Below, in pieces: positions 17,622-27,658 of a stretch of 64,000 nt of DNA. Below the pieces are notes generated by a model. It did no database searches, was not told where the DNA came from, and worked only from the letters and a program-made list of their open reading frames with translations. The translations under genes were made by a program, and so were the position numbers. The stretch spans positions 64,001 through 128,000 of the forward strand of contig CAWHVC010000003.1 of the NCBI GenBank assembly GCA_963832745.1, given 5' to 3'. Position 1 is the first letter of the stretch; each line of letters opens with the position of its first letter. Source of the DNA: Candidatus Bathyarchaeota archaeon. GTDB taxonomy: Archaea; Thermoproteota; Bathyarchaeia; Bathyarchaeales; Bathycorpusculaceae.

Positions 17622-17803
17622 GACTATTTCACAAATTTAAAGAATATTTTTCCCTTGTAATAAGCACTTTTATTCTAATGTGATTTTTCACAGGTAAAAC
17701 ATTAGGCGCGTTTTGTTGTTGTGTTGTGGTTACTGCAAAAGTTTTTAGAATCAAAATTGTTTTTGTAAAATGGTTAGAGCTTGAAACTTGACCTGAAGTT
17801 TCT

Positions 17804-18187
17804 TTGCTAAGTAAACCCTGCTATGGTGCTCATGTTATGGTTTTAGTTGAAGGATTAAACCTTAAAGCAAAACGCATACCAAAAAAACAACTTGAACCTG
17901 TTTGGAAGTCCCTGACGGATAAACCGTACCCCAAAATTAAAGCGTTAATCCTAAATGACAGCGACTTTAATCACATTATTGAGCTTCGTCAATGTCCTGA
18001 AGATATGATGCGGGAAATTGAAGAGTGGGGGCGTGTATTGACAACCAAAGGCACAGATGCCTGCATTTTTAATGGAGACTACAAAGAAAAAAATGAATAC
18101 ACTATTTTAATCAGGGAAAAACCATATCATAAAATTGAAGAAATAATCCCGCACGAGTTATCACACATTATACGTGGCGACCTGTAA
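17804..18187 (+). CDS. Small putative zinc metallopeptidase
   Basis: C-terminal HExxH (PHELSHI). Confidence 0.5.
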   Translation: MLSKPCYGAHVMVLVEGLNLKAKRIPKKQLEPVWKSLTDKPYPKIKALILNDSDFNHIIELRQCPEDMMREIEEWGRVLTTKGTDACIFNGDYKEKNEYTILIREKPYHKIEEIIPHELSHIIRGDL

Positions 18188-18213
18188 AAAGAAAAAACCA
18201 CTGTGTTGCAGGT

Positions 18214-20232
18214 TTATAGGGCGTGAGATAGCCAAACTAGGTAAAGTGATAGACTTACGATGAACAGGCTTGCCCAGACTTTTTTGTTGTATTGGAAGAC
18301 GTCTGCTCCAAACATGGGTTTGATGGGGATTGTGTCAATGAATGCCGCTACCAAACACATTGCCAAGCCGGCTCCGCCAATTAAGGTGTAACCTGCCAGT
18401 ACAAGTGCAAAGAAAATGCCTGCAAAAACCAAATTGAGCAATATACTTATACTCATTACTATGCCAATGAAGTTATCGGGCCTGTTTGATGTGCTTACTC
18501 TTCTTGTCGGCGAAGAGAATGGCGCTCGGAAAGCAACAGTTGAAATTAGAAACAAAGCGATACCCAGGTACCATATCTTATATTCAGTCCAAACACCTTG
18601 CCACCTTGCGTAGACCGTGAGCATATAAGTTCTGACTAAGCCAACAACAAGGCTAGTAGCAATAAACGTTGGTAAAATTAATAAAAACTCGGGCAATGAA
18701 TTCACCTGAACGTAAGCAAAAGAAAACGTGAGAACAAGAATAGACGCTACATAAACTAAAAGTTCGCCTTTTGTAGGCTGATATACTGAACCATGCTTTT
18801 CATTAACATCCATCTTGTGTTTAGTCAAAACTATGCTTTCAAACCAATCTTTAACTGTGACAGGTAAAATGTTTCGAAGCTTGCCCGCAAGGCTTTCAGC
18901 AATTTTGCCTAAAAACGAGGACACAGTTGTCGCGGCAGGAACATTTGAAAATGCGGCAGCAAGGATTGAAGTTACTGACATAACGCTGACAGTGACGATG
19001 CTTGCGGCTACCCCGTTTGCTGGAGTAGGTGCCCAAATATTTCCATTAGTGTCACTGGTTGAGTTTTGGTTGGATGTGCTTCCAGGGGTGAATTCGGTGC
19101 CATAAGCGTAAACATGGCTGTCATAGGAACCAACAAACATTACTCCACCACCAACTGTTGGAGCTGAAAATACTCCGCTGCCAGTCTGGTAACTCCATAG
19201 CAGATTACCAGATGAAGCATCAAAGGCATAAACTGAATTATCAGGAGCATATGAACCAACAAAAACAGCGCCATCGGCAATTGCAGGCGAAGAATAGATT
19301 GGGCCATCCGTTGAGTAAGTCCATGCTTGTTTTCCTGATGCAGCATTAATTGCGTAGAAATCACCTGATTCAGATCCAACATAGACTAGCCCATTGTAAA
19401 CGGCTGGTGAAGAAGAAACCTTATCGGGGGTTGGAAAAGTCCAAAGTGTTGACCCGTCCGAAGCACGAAATGCATACAAGTCATGGTTAGTTGAACCAAT
19501 GTAAACAACTCCATCAACTACAGCGGGGGAAGAGTTAGTGTACGTGTCTCCGTCGTTTGTTTGTGAACTCCAAATTTTAGTGCCTGTTGAAGCATCTAAA
19601 GCGTAGAAGTTTCCGTCTTGTGAACCAAAATAGACCACTCCATTAACTACAGCTGCAGAGCTTCGAATATCGCCCCCCGTCGGATACTTCCAAATTTGAG
19701 TGCCAAAATTAGCGTCTAAAGCGTACATGTTATCATCTGTTGAACCAACGTAAACTATTCCGTTAACAACTACTGGAGAAGCCCAAACAGCGCCACCTGT
19801 TAGGAAGTTCCATTTCAAGTTGCCCCCTTCAACGTACAGGGCGTAGACGTTAAAATCGTTTGAACCCACATATACGACACCATTTGCAACGGTAGGCGTA
19901 GACCATACGTCGTCGCCTGTTTTGTAAGTCCAAACTTGGTTGCCAGTGTTTGCATCTAAAGCGTATATGTTTCCACCGAAGCACCCAGTGTAGGCTGTGC
20001 TGCCTGAAATGGTGACTGCTGAACGGACTGCGCCGTCGAGGCTGGCTTGCCAGAGTATTTGACTTGTTTTGGGTGCTGTGGATGTTGAGTATCTTGAGCC
20101 TGAGAGGTCATGCCCAAAAGTTGACCATTCACTGCTGGTTTGTCCTTTGACGATTGGCGTTAAAGCTGTGACTATCAACAGGACTATTAATGCACAAAGC
20201 AAGGCGGTTACTATTTTTTGTGAATTTTGCAA
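18214..20232 (-). CDS. PQQ-type beta-propeller protein fused to a multi-TM M50-like domain
   Basis: Signal peptide; repeated ~40-aa units SSPAVxxGxVYxGSxDxxxYAxDAxTGxxxW; C-terminal TM bundle. Confidence 0.85.
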   Translation of the reverse strand: MQNSQKIVTALLCALIVLLIVTALTPIVKGQTSSEWSTFGHDLSGSRYSTSTAPKTSQILWQASLDGAVRSAVTISGSTAYTGCFGGNIYALDANTGNQVWTYKTGDDVWSTPTVANGVVYVGSNDFNVYALYVEGGNLKWNFLTGGAVWASPVVVNGIVYVGSTDDNMYALDANFGTQIWKYPTGGDIRSSAAVVNGVVYFGSQDGNFYALDASTGTKIWSSQTNDGDTYTNSSPAVVDGVVYIGSTNHDLYAFRASDGSTLWTFPTPDKVSSSPAVYNGLVYVGSESGDFYAINAASGKQAWTYSTDGPIYSSPAIADGAVFVGSYAPDNSVYAFDASSGNLLWSYQTGSGVFSAPTVGGGVMFVGSYDSHVYAYGTEFTPGSTSNQNSTSDTNGNIWAPTPANGVAASIVTVSVMSVTSILAAAFSNVPAATTVSSFLGKIAESLAGKLRNILPVTVKDWFESIVLTKHKMDVNEKHGSVYQPTKGELLVYVASILVLTFSFAYVQVNSLPEFLLILPTFIATSLVVGLVRTYMLTVYARWQGVWTEYKIWYLGIALFLISTVAFRAPFSSPTRRVSTSNRPDNFIGIVMSISILLNLVFAGIFFALVLAGYTLIGGAGLAMCLVAAFIDTIPIKPMFGADVFQYNKKVWASLFIVSLSLYLVWLSHAL

Positions 20233-20326
20233 CCTTTTCCCTGAAGAATGCTGTATGCAACGGTTTGTTTTTAAGACTTTTCAACCAAAACTAAAATCAA
20301 ACATACAAACGCTGTCTTGTCTGTGC

Positions 20327-20584
20327 TTATTTTGTCTGCTTTATAGTTTGCAAGGTTTTTTCTGCCGTTGAAACACTAAAAAGTAGATCATCAATGGTTG
20401 CCGTGAAAGTAGCTAATTTGCCTTCACACATAATCTCTGTTACAACCGTTCGTTTTTCCCTAACCGTGTTAACACTCAAACCGACGGGCGTTTTGAAGTT
20501 GTCTGGCGAAACCGCTTTGGCAACCGCATCAGCCGTTTTTGCGTCAATATACTCAAGCGTTATTGTTGCCTGCAAGCTTTTCAC
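20327..20584 (-). CDS. pcc1: KEOPS complex subunit Pcc1
   Basis: AVSPDN...TFTATIDDLL motif; conserved position after rps15 and the RecJ-like gene. Confidence 0.8.
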   Translation of the reverse strand: MKSLQATITLEYIDAKTADAVAKAVSPDNFKTPVGLSVNTVREKRTVVTEIMCEGKLATFTATIDDLLFSVSTAEKTLQTIKQTK

Positions 20585-22016
20585 CCTTCAACTGTCGCCC
20601 AATCAACTCATCGGCTGTCTTCACGAAAGCTTCAATTTGCTCCATGGAAACTTGAGCGCCAGCCGCAATATTGTGACCTCCACCTTTCCCGCCGTGCTTC
20701 TCAGAAGCTAAGCGCATGACATCGCCGAGGTTTACGCCTTTCTGCAGAGCGGCTTCGGTTGTGCGTGAAGAAATTTTGACAGAGTCTTCGCCGTCTACTT
20801 TGGCGTAGGAGATGAGGGGTTTTTGGTTGTTAGCTAAACCTGCAACCATAATGGAGGATACTGTGCCAATGATTTTTTCGTTGATGAAGTCTTCGCCGTT
20901 GACCACGTAAATATTGGTTAATTCTCGGAGGCGTTCAGGTTTTTCCATAACCCAGCCGAGGTACTTGTTGATGTTTTTACGGTAATCTTCAAGGATAGAA
21001 TTTGATTCTTCGAGGGCTGCTCCACGGTCACCCATGCAGATGGCGATGCCTAAACTTGGGCGGTCCATGCGTCCAGTCGAGTTAAGTAGGACTGAATATT
21101 CTCGCGCGTCACGCAGAGCAGTGTTTGGTTCCTCATTTACCAAGACATAGTTGTTGCCGATTAAGTTGGAAACTTCTACGTGTAACCCTTTTGAAAGCAT
21201 ATAATCCGCAAGGGCTGAGCATAGGCGTTTCTTTTCCTCCTCGTTAAGATCGCTAAGGGAACGTAGTCGTTCTCCCTGCTTAAGATTAATGTTCAATGTT
21301 GCCAGAAACGCTAAGGCTTTGTCTTCTTCGCCGCTTATGCCTGGAATGAACGGGTTAGTGGTGGTTGCCAGGGTACGGTGGATTGGACGGGTTTCTCTGC
21401 CAAAGAATGTCAGGTCTTTTTCTACTTTCATTAAGCCTGCTTGAACAGCGTCTTTGAGAATTAACTCGTTTAAGCCGCCGAAGCTGCGTTGGTCATACTT
21501 ATCTTGCATGTCACCCAAAGCGCCCACCAACGCTACTGGGGCTAAATCAACATTTTTTGGGTTCATTGCTTTAGCTACAAAATAGGTTACGCCTGAACCG
21601 CTAACTTCAGTTGCCCCGTCAACTCCGTATTCGTGTGGGTTTACTTGGGCAATGTTGGGGTTGTCTACTTTAGAGGTGATTTGGTGATGGTCCATAATTG
21701 CAACTTTGACGCCGGGCACTTTTTCGTTTAACAGTTGCAGGTACCCGCTTCCGAAATCGGTTAATATAACAAGTTGAGGTTTGTCAGCAATAATGTCGTT
21801 TATTATTTTGTCATCTACCCACTGCATTACACGTACGCGATAGCGGGCGTCTAGCCTGTAGAGTGCTTTAGAAATGACACCGGCTGCTGCAACCCCGTCT
21901 GCGTCAAGATGTGAGAAACAATCAATAAAGCCGTCCTGCTCAACGGTTTCTAGTATCACTTTTGCAGCCTTATCAGCTGCTGATAAGAAGTTGGCTATTT
22001 GGGTTTGGTTTACCAT
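20553..22016 (-). CDS. RecJ/Cdc45-like DHH phosphoesterase
   Basis: HLDADG, TDFG, DHH, GDMQD, GGGHNIAAG. Confidence 0.92.
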   Translation of the reverse strand: MVNQTQIANFLSAADKAAKVILETVEQDGFIDCFSHLDADGVAAAGVISKALYRLDARYRVRVMQWVDDKIINDIIADKPQLVILTDFGSGYLQLLNEKVPGVKVAIMDHHQITSKVDNPNIAQVNPHEYGVDGATEVSGSGVTYFVAKAMNPKNVDLAPVALVGALGDMQDKYDQRSFGGLNELILKDAVQAGLMKVEKDLTFFGRETRPIHRTLATTTNPFIPGISGEEDKALAFLATLNINLKQGERLRSLSDLNEEEKKRLCSALADYMLSKGLHVEVSNLIGNNYVLVNEEPNTALRDAREYSVLLNSTGRMDRPSLGIAICMGDRGAALEESNSILEDYRKNINKYLGWVMEKPERLRELTNIYVVNGEDFINEKIIGTVSSIMVAGLANNQKPLISYAKVDGEDSVKISSRTTEAALQKGVNLGDVMRLASEKHGGKGGGHNIAAGAQVSMEQIEAFVKTADELIGRQLKGEKLAGNNNA

Positions 22017-22121
22017 GCGGGGTTGCCTCTAATGGCAGTAAAAGGCGAGTAATTGGATTTAAAGCTGGCGCACCAAAAAAGCTGCAAAAAAATTTAAAAA
22101 ATAAAATGAAAAGAAATTGGT

Positions 22122-22562
22122 TTAGAAGATTGAAGCGATTTTTGCTACGTATTTGAAGTTCTTAGCAACTTTGCCTTCACGCTTATAGTAACGTGAGAGC
22201 TTGTGGATTCGTGCCTCAATAACCTGCATGTTACGTTTGTTGTGCAGGTCTTTCTTGTTTTTCTCCATGTGAACTGCAAGAGCCTGTGCCTTCTTCATTA
22301 AGTTGGCAAGGTCTTCTGGCATTGATGGATTTAAGTTGGCACTTTTGAGTATGTCGCTTACGCTTTTACCGGTGATTGGTTTTACCAGTGGAATTGCGTA
22401 TTGATCTCTAAGAATTGTGCCTATGCCGCTTAGTGAGTGGCCTTCTTTTGCGAGTTTAATAACGAAGGCTTCTACTTCTTCAGGCTGATATTTGCACCAG
22501 CTTGGAGGTCTTCGACTTACAGGCCGTATTGAATGTGACTTTCCTTTTTCTTGCTTTGGCAA
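22122..22562 (-). CDS. rps15: 30S ribosomal protein S15 (uS15)
   Basis: IGTILRDQYAIP, MPEDL, KDLHNKR, RIHKLSRYYK. Confidence 0.97.
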   Translation of the reverse strand: MPKQEKGKSHSIRPVSRRPPSWCKYQPEEVEAFVIKLAKEGHSLSGIGTILRDQYAIPLVKPITGKSVSDILKSANLNPSMPEDLANLMKKAQALAVHMEKNKKDLHNKRNMQVIEARIHKLSRYYKREGKVAKNFKYVAKIASIF

Positions 22563-22680
22563 TCGTTACACCTTAATTCTGCACCTTACATCCACAGTAC
22601 GGAGATATTTAAAAATAACTGTTTAAAAAAGCGGTAAACTTACACTTTGTATGTACCTAAATAGCTTTAAACCAACGTTT

Positions 22681-24189
22681 TTACTTTTTGCTTTTTCTAC
22701 TTAGAGAAACGAAGGTAACAATTGCTACAATAGCCAAAATTATGCCCAGCACAATTAAGAGGGCAATCTCCACTAAACCAAATGTTGGCAGTTGGGAAGA
22801 TTCGGCAGGCGCATTTGAGGAGGAAAAGGTGATTTTTACTGAGTGACTGCTGTGGTGGTAAGTGAAGTAGAGCAGCCAACCGTCCCCTTGAGGTTGCGCG
22901 GTATAGGTTATTGGGTTGTTGTCTAAGTACACTTTGAGTCCAGAAACGTCGTTCATTAAAGATTTTGGAATATAGACGTTAACGTAACCAGCGGTTCCGT
23001 TGTTTCCGATAACTCCAAAACTCAACTCTTTGCTGGTTGAATCAAAGGAGAATGCTGAGAGGCTAGAATTGGAAGTCACAGAGAAAACACTCTGTTCAGT
23101 GCAAGGGACAATAGAAAAATTCATAACTTTAGTGACGCCCAAATAGTCCTCGTCACCCTGATAGACCACTTTTAGCATGTAATCGCCTGTTGCGGCTGGA
23201 AACCATAACGCCGAATAAGTCCCATCAGAACACGTGTGAACTGTGGTTAGGTCCTGCCAAGATGCACCGTTTGTTACGCTATAAGACAGCAGAATTTGCA
23301 CGTTTGGAATGCCTGCACCGTTAAAGGTTAAGTCACCGTTGACTTTCACTTTTAGGCTGGATTCTGATAGGGCGCTCTCGCATGTAGTGGTCAGGGTTGG
23401 TATATGTAAGTCTTTGGCTGCTATCGAAAAGTCATCGATAATGTGGGTGCTACATGCGACCATTCCGTTTGATCCGCTAAAGCCAAACACGTCATAGGTT
23501 CTGTCTATTGTTCCCTTCCATTGTAGAACCAGTTTCTGGTCAACATAAACGTCTACTGAGGCGCCTTGAACCTGAACTGAAACGTCATGCCAAACATTTG
23601 GCGCTATGTTGGTGCTGTCTGCCCAAATCAAGTGGTCACCAGTAAAATCCTTTATCAAAGCAATATGATGATCTGAGGGGTCTGCATCTGGATTGGGCTT
23701 GCCTCCATTTATTTCAGCAAATTCATAAGGAATGTTCTGCCAGCCGTCAAATTCGATTCCGTAACCGGGAATAATTGATCCAGTGTTGAAACCAGTGCGA
23801 CCACCAGCAATTCCGTTGGCTCCATAGCTACCTGAGAAATCAAGGTTTGAAGGGTACTGCTGCTTGTAAAAGAACATTACCAGCCCATCGTCGTAATTGT
23901 ATCCTGTACATAGGAAACGGAAGTTTGCTGTAAAGGAGCCTTTAATTGGCGTTTTGAAAAAAGCGATGCCTGTTTGGTCACTTGACTGGTTCGTTAAGAC
24001 CATGTACTGGTTTGTGGCGTCTCTTTGTGCGCTTCCCAAGTATTCCCATGCGCCTGAATTCGTGCTGAAGTCGTCAGAAAAAGAAGTGCTCGATTGTTGA
24101 GCATTTACGGGTTGAAGGATAAACACTAAAACCGAAGTTAACAGGAACAAAAGAGATAGGGATATAGCGATACTGTGGTTTTTTCGCAT
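22681..24189 (-). CDS. Secreted, membrane-anchored L-type lectin/ConA-like plus Ig-like protein
   Basis: Signal peptide; DGLVMFF...GIEFD...WHDVSV...FGFSGS; C-terminal TM and basic tail. Confidence 0.75.
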   Translation of the reverse strand: MRKNHSIAISLSLLFLLTSVLVFILQPVNAQQSSTSFSDDFSTNSGAWEYLGSAQRDATNQYMVLTNQSSDQTGIAFFKTPIKGSFTANFRFLCTGYNYDDGLVMFFYKQQYPSNLDFSGSYGANGIAGGRTGFNTGSIIPGYGIEFDGWQNIPYEFAEINGGKPNPDADPSDHHIALIKDFTGDHLIWADSTNIAPNVWHDVSVQVQGASVDVYVDQKLVLQWKGTIDRTYDVFGFSGSNGMVACSTHIIDDFSIAAKDLHIPTLTTTCESALSESSLKVKVNGDLTFNGAGIPNVQILLSYSVTNGASWQDLTTVHTCSDGTYSALWFPAATGDYMLKVVYQGDEDYLGVTKVMNFSIVPCTEQSVFSVTSNSSLSAFSFDSTSKELSFGVIGNNGTAGYVNVYIPKSLMNDVSGLKVYLDNNPITYTAQPQGDGWLLYFTYHHSSHSVKITFSSSNAPAESSQLPTFGLVEIALLIVLGIILAIVAIVTFVSLSRKSKK

Positions 24190-24325
24190 ATTAACACAGC
24201 CTCTTCTGTTCTAACCCTTAGAAGTGCTCTAAATAAAAGACTACTCGTAAAGATTCCTTTACTAACCTTAGTCAAACATTTTCAACTAAAATTTTTGGCT
24301 GATAGCCCCCACGTTTCTGCGTATG

Positions 24326-25063
24326 CTATTTCCATTTTGTCAGGATTTCTTCTCGGCGAAAAGTTGCAGTGGCTACTCTGAACAAGGCTAAATCTACCAG
24401 CAAGAGTGCGCCACTGATTATCAGAATATGGGTTATGTCCAAATATAGTAAGCCTATTTCGCCTGCCAAGTAAATAAGCATAAACGGAACAAACATTAAG
24501 CCTGCGATTTGGTTAGCAGCCCGCACATCGCTCACTTTCGATGATGCAACCACGCTCAGTTGGATACTCATGATTTCTGCAAGCGGAATAACAACAAAAA
24601 GCAATATGATGATATCCCAGTTGGGGTAATAAAGACCGCCCAGTTTGGAGTACGTAAGGTAATCAATGAGCCCCATGTAAAGTGCAACGCAAGAATAGAT
24701 CGCTATTGTAGGCGGTAAAAAAGCGGCTATACTTTTTCCTAAGAGCAACTCGCTGTCAGTTGTAGGTGTTGCCAGAAGGGGTTCAAGACTCTTCTCTAAT
24801 TTTTCGCCCACTATACTGTAAGATGAAATTGCGCTGGGAAGAATCGCCGATGCTATAACAAAGAAAAAGGCAAAAGAGTTCAACAAACCTGGAAGAGCCA
24901 TAGCAGGAATACCGCCACTATCTTTCCCAGCAAACTCGACAACCAACGGAAAAAGAAACGACAATAGCAACGGGAAAAATATTAGACCGTAAAGGATACT
25001 TTTCTTTCGCCTAACGGACTTTAGTTCCTTTGAAGCTACAACCCAAGCAATGCATAGATTCAT
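24326..25063 (-). CDS. ABC-2 type transporter permease
   Basis: SIVGEKLEKSLEPLLATP motif; multiple TM helices. Confidence 0.9.
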   Translation of the reverse strand: MNLCIAWVVASKELKSVRRKKSILYGLIFFPLLLSFLFPLVVEFAGKDSGGIPAMALPGLLNSFAFFFVIASAILPSAISSYSIVGEKLEKSLEPLLATPTTDSELLLGKSIAAFLPPTIAIYSCVALYMGLIDYLTYSKLGGLYYPNWDIIILLFVVIPLAEIMSIQLSVVASSKVSDVRAANQIAGLMFVPFMLIYLAGEIGLLYLDITHILIISGALLLVDLALFRVATATFRREEILTKWK

Positions 25064-25980
25064 TCGTTCTCCCTCACAAGTTTTAAATAGACTTCTTCAA
25101 GGCTCGAACTAGATACAGAAACCGTTTGGATTTCGCCGCCTGCGTTAACTATTGCTTGGACAATAGACGGGTTTTTCTCATAGGGGTCAGCAAGTTCAAC
25201 TGTTAACTTGTTGCCGTCTTGGACAGTTTTTCCAAGTGACAACTGCTCCACCGCATTAATGATTGCAGTGCTCACTTTTTTAAGCTGAATTATTGTTTTT
25301 CGGGGTCCAATTGAATGCTCTAACTCTTCAGGTTTGCCAACTGTCACAAGTCTATTATTTAGTATTGCTATTCGAGTGCAGACTCTTTGAGCTTCATCAA
25401 GATTGTGTGTGTTTAAGAAAATGGTTTTCTTCTGAGCCTTTAATTCAAGAATAAAGTCTCGCACTGTTTTCGCTGATTCAGGGTCCAAATTAGCTGTGGG
25501 TTCATCCATGAAGAGAATTTCTGGGTCATGAATAAGTGCTCTTGCAAGCGCCAACTTCTGCTTCATACCTTTAGAAAAAGTTCCAGCATAGACGTCGCGT
25601 TTTTCCCAAAGCCCAAGCATCTTCAAGAAACGTTCAATATTCTGTTTTCTTTGTGCTTCAGGAACATAATATAGTTTACCGTAATAGTTCAGGTTCTCGT
25701 AAGCCGTCAAATCCTCATAAAGCCCGACATTATCTGGAACTAACCCAACAAGTTTTCTTATTTTCAAACAATCCTTTTCATCGCCAATATCCAGATTGGC
25801 AACTCGAGCGGTTCCGCTTGTTTTAGCTATAAGGCAACAAAGCATGCGAACCGTCGTAGTTTTTCCAGCGCCGTTAGGACCAAGAAAACCGAAAACTTCA
25901 CCTTCATCAACATGTAACGTGAGGTTATCTACAGCTGTTAATGAACCAAATTTTCTTGTCAGGTTTTCTGTATCAATCAA
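25060..25980 (-). CDS. ABC transporter ATP-binding protein
   Basis: GPNGAGKTT, FSKGMKQ, MDEPT. Confidence 0.95.
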   Translation of the reverse strand: MIDTENLTRKFGSLTAVDNLTLHVDEGEVFGFLGPNGAGKTTTVRMLCCLIAKTSGTARVANLDIGDEKDCLKIRKLVGLVPDNVGLYEDLTAYENLNYYGKLYYVPEAQRKQNIERFLKMLGLWEKRDVYAGTFSKGMKQKLALARALIHDPEILFMDEPTANLDPESAKTVRDFILELKAQKKTIFLNTHNLDEAQRVCTRIAILNNRLVTVGKPEELEHSIGPRKTIIQLKKVSTAIINAVEQLSLGKTVQDGNKLTVELADPYEKNPSIVQAIVNAGGEIQTVSVSSSSLEEVYLKLVRENE

Positions 25981-26081
25981 AAAAATGTCACAGCCAAAAA
26001 CTACAGTTACCTAATTAAGCTGAAAAGTTGCCGTTTGTATATTAGACTTATGCTTTTCAAAAAATCAAAAAAAATAAAAAT

Positions 26082-27014
26082 TTATTTTTTGTAGTATGGT
26101 CTGCGTATATAACCGTACGCTTCAAGCGCCGCAGTTATTCCCTGCCCAACCGCCGTGCCAACCTGCTTTATCGGGTGATTTGTTACGTCGCCCGCTGCGA
26201 AAACGCCTGCAATGTTAGTTTCCTGCCGCATATTGACTTTGATGTAGCCTGCATCGTCAGTCTCCACGCCAGAAGCTTTAGCAACGGTGCTGTTAGGTGC
26301 TTCGCCAACTTGCACGAAAACGGCGTCAACGGTGAGTTCAGTATTTTCGCCTGTCACGTTATTTTTTAGGGCTACTGTTCTTACTTGGCGGTCGCCTTTG
26401 ATTTCTTCAACTTCCGTGTTCCAAAGCACCTTAACGTTGGTTTTCGAGGTAACGTCTGAAACAACTTGTTGTTCTGCCCTAAAAGCATCTCGCCTATGAA
26501 CCACTGTGACCTGCGCAGCTAAACCTGAAAGGTAAAGTGATGTTATGCAGGCTGAGTTGCCGCCGCCGACTACAACAACTTTTTTGCCTTTAAAGAATGG
26601 CCCGTCACAGACGCCGCAGTAGCTTACTCCTCTGCCGCGGAACTCTTTTTCACCTTTAACGTTTACTTCCTTATAATGTGAACCCGTTGCGAAGATTACT
26701 GCTTTTGCTTGATAGGTGGCGTTTTGGGTAGTTACAGTTTTTGATTCACCGTCAAGTTTGATTTCACTTACCGGTTCAAGGTCCCTTACTACTGCGCCGA
26801 GTTTTCTGCATTGAGTAGTCATTCGTTCGGAAAGTTCGCGTCCGCTGATTTCAGTAAAACCGGGGTAATTTTCTACTTTTGGTGAATCAGCAATGTTTCC
26901 GCCGGCTAGTTTTTCGTCAAGAACAAGAGTTTTAAGTCCGCTTCTTACTGCGTAAATTCCAGCAGATAAACCTGCGGAACCAGCGCCAATGATAATTACA
27001 TCCCAGTTTTCCAT
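26082..27014 (-). CDS. trxB: Thioredoxin-disulfide reductase
   Basis: GAGSAG, GRGVSYCGVCDG, GGGNSA, FAAGD. Confidence 0.93.
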   Translation of the reverse strand: MENWDVIIIGAGSAGLSAGIYAVRSGLKTLVLDEKLAGGNIADSPKVENYPGFTEISGRELSERMTTQCRKLGAVVRDLEPVSEIKLDGESKTVTTQNATYQAKAVIFATGSHYKEVNVKGEKEFRGRGVSYCGVCDGPFFKGKKVVVVGGGNSACITSLYLSGLAAQVTVVHRRDAFRAEQQVVSDVTSKTNVKVLWNTEVEEIKGDRQVRTVALKNNVTGENTELTVDAVFVQVGEAPNSTVAKASGVETDDAGYIKVNMRQETNIAGVFAAGDVTNHPIKQVGTAVGQGITAALEAYGYIRRPYYKK

Positions 27015-27064
27015 AAATAACAACCTGCAAAATATTTCTCAAAGAAGTTAAATAATAATTCGAT

Positions 27065-27658
27065 TTAAGCGCCGTTTTTCAGTATTGATTGTGCTACTGA
27101 GAGTCGCCAAGTTGTTAGGTCGGAAAGTCCCGCCAAGTCTTCGACGTTAAGGTAACTACCTACAGATTCGTCAAAGAGTACGTTTGCTGTAGGCGGTAAT
27201 TCTTCATCAGTCCATAAAACAATCGTTTCGGGGATTTCTGGGAACATTTCAATTTCAACCGAGCAGTCTCCGTGGCTTAATGGTTTCCCACCTAGCAGTT
27301 CGGCGGCTTTGATTAGTTCTTGGGGGTTTCTGCCAAAAAACTTCACGATTGGCTCGACGGCTCTTCTTTGGAAAGCGTTTTCGTAAGCGTAACCTCCGGG
27401 AAAATCTTTGAACTTAACCAGTTTGCCGGTTCTTTTGTGTTTGCAGGCTAAAGCATATTTTGTTAGTAGTTCAGCGATTTGTTGGTGCATTGCTGGGTCT
27501 TTAAGTTTGGGCTCTACAGTTTTTTGTTGTAGATTGTCTTGGAGGTCACCTGTTTGCAGGTCTAAACTAAAACCCAAGAAGCGGAAGCAGTTGTTTTTTG
27601 CATTCGTTTCCGATTTTAGTTTGATGAGTATTTCTGGGTCAAGAATTGGGTTTGTCAT
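27065..27658 (-). CDS. DUF3786 domain protein
   Basis: FKDFPGG..Y...F...FPEIP...LW.DEELPP.ANVLFD. Confidence 0.75.
   Translation of the reverse strand: MTNPILDPEILIKLKSETNAKNNCFRFLGFSLDLQTGDLQDNLQQKTVEPKLKDPAMHQQIAELLTKYALACKHKRTGKLVKFKDFPGGYAYENAFQRRAVEPIVKFFGRNPQELIKAAELLGGKPLSHGDCSVEIEMFPEIPETIVLWTDEELPPTANVLFDESVGSYLNVEDLAGLSDLTTWRLSVAQSILKNGA

Noticed and set aside
19100-20060. ~120-bp periodic repeats
   Set aside because: Coding repeats of the beta-propeller blades.
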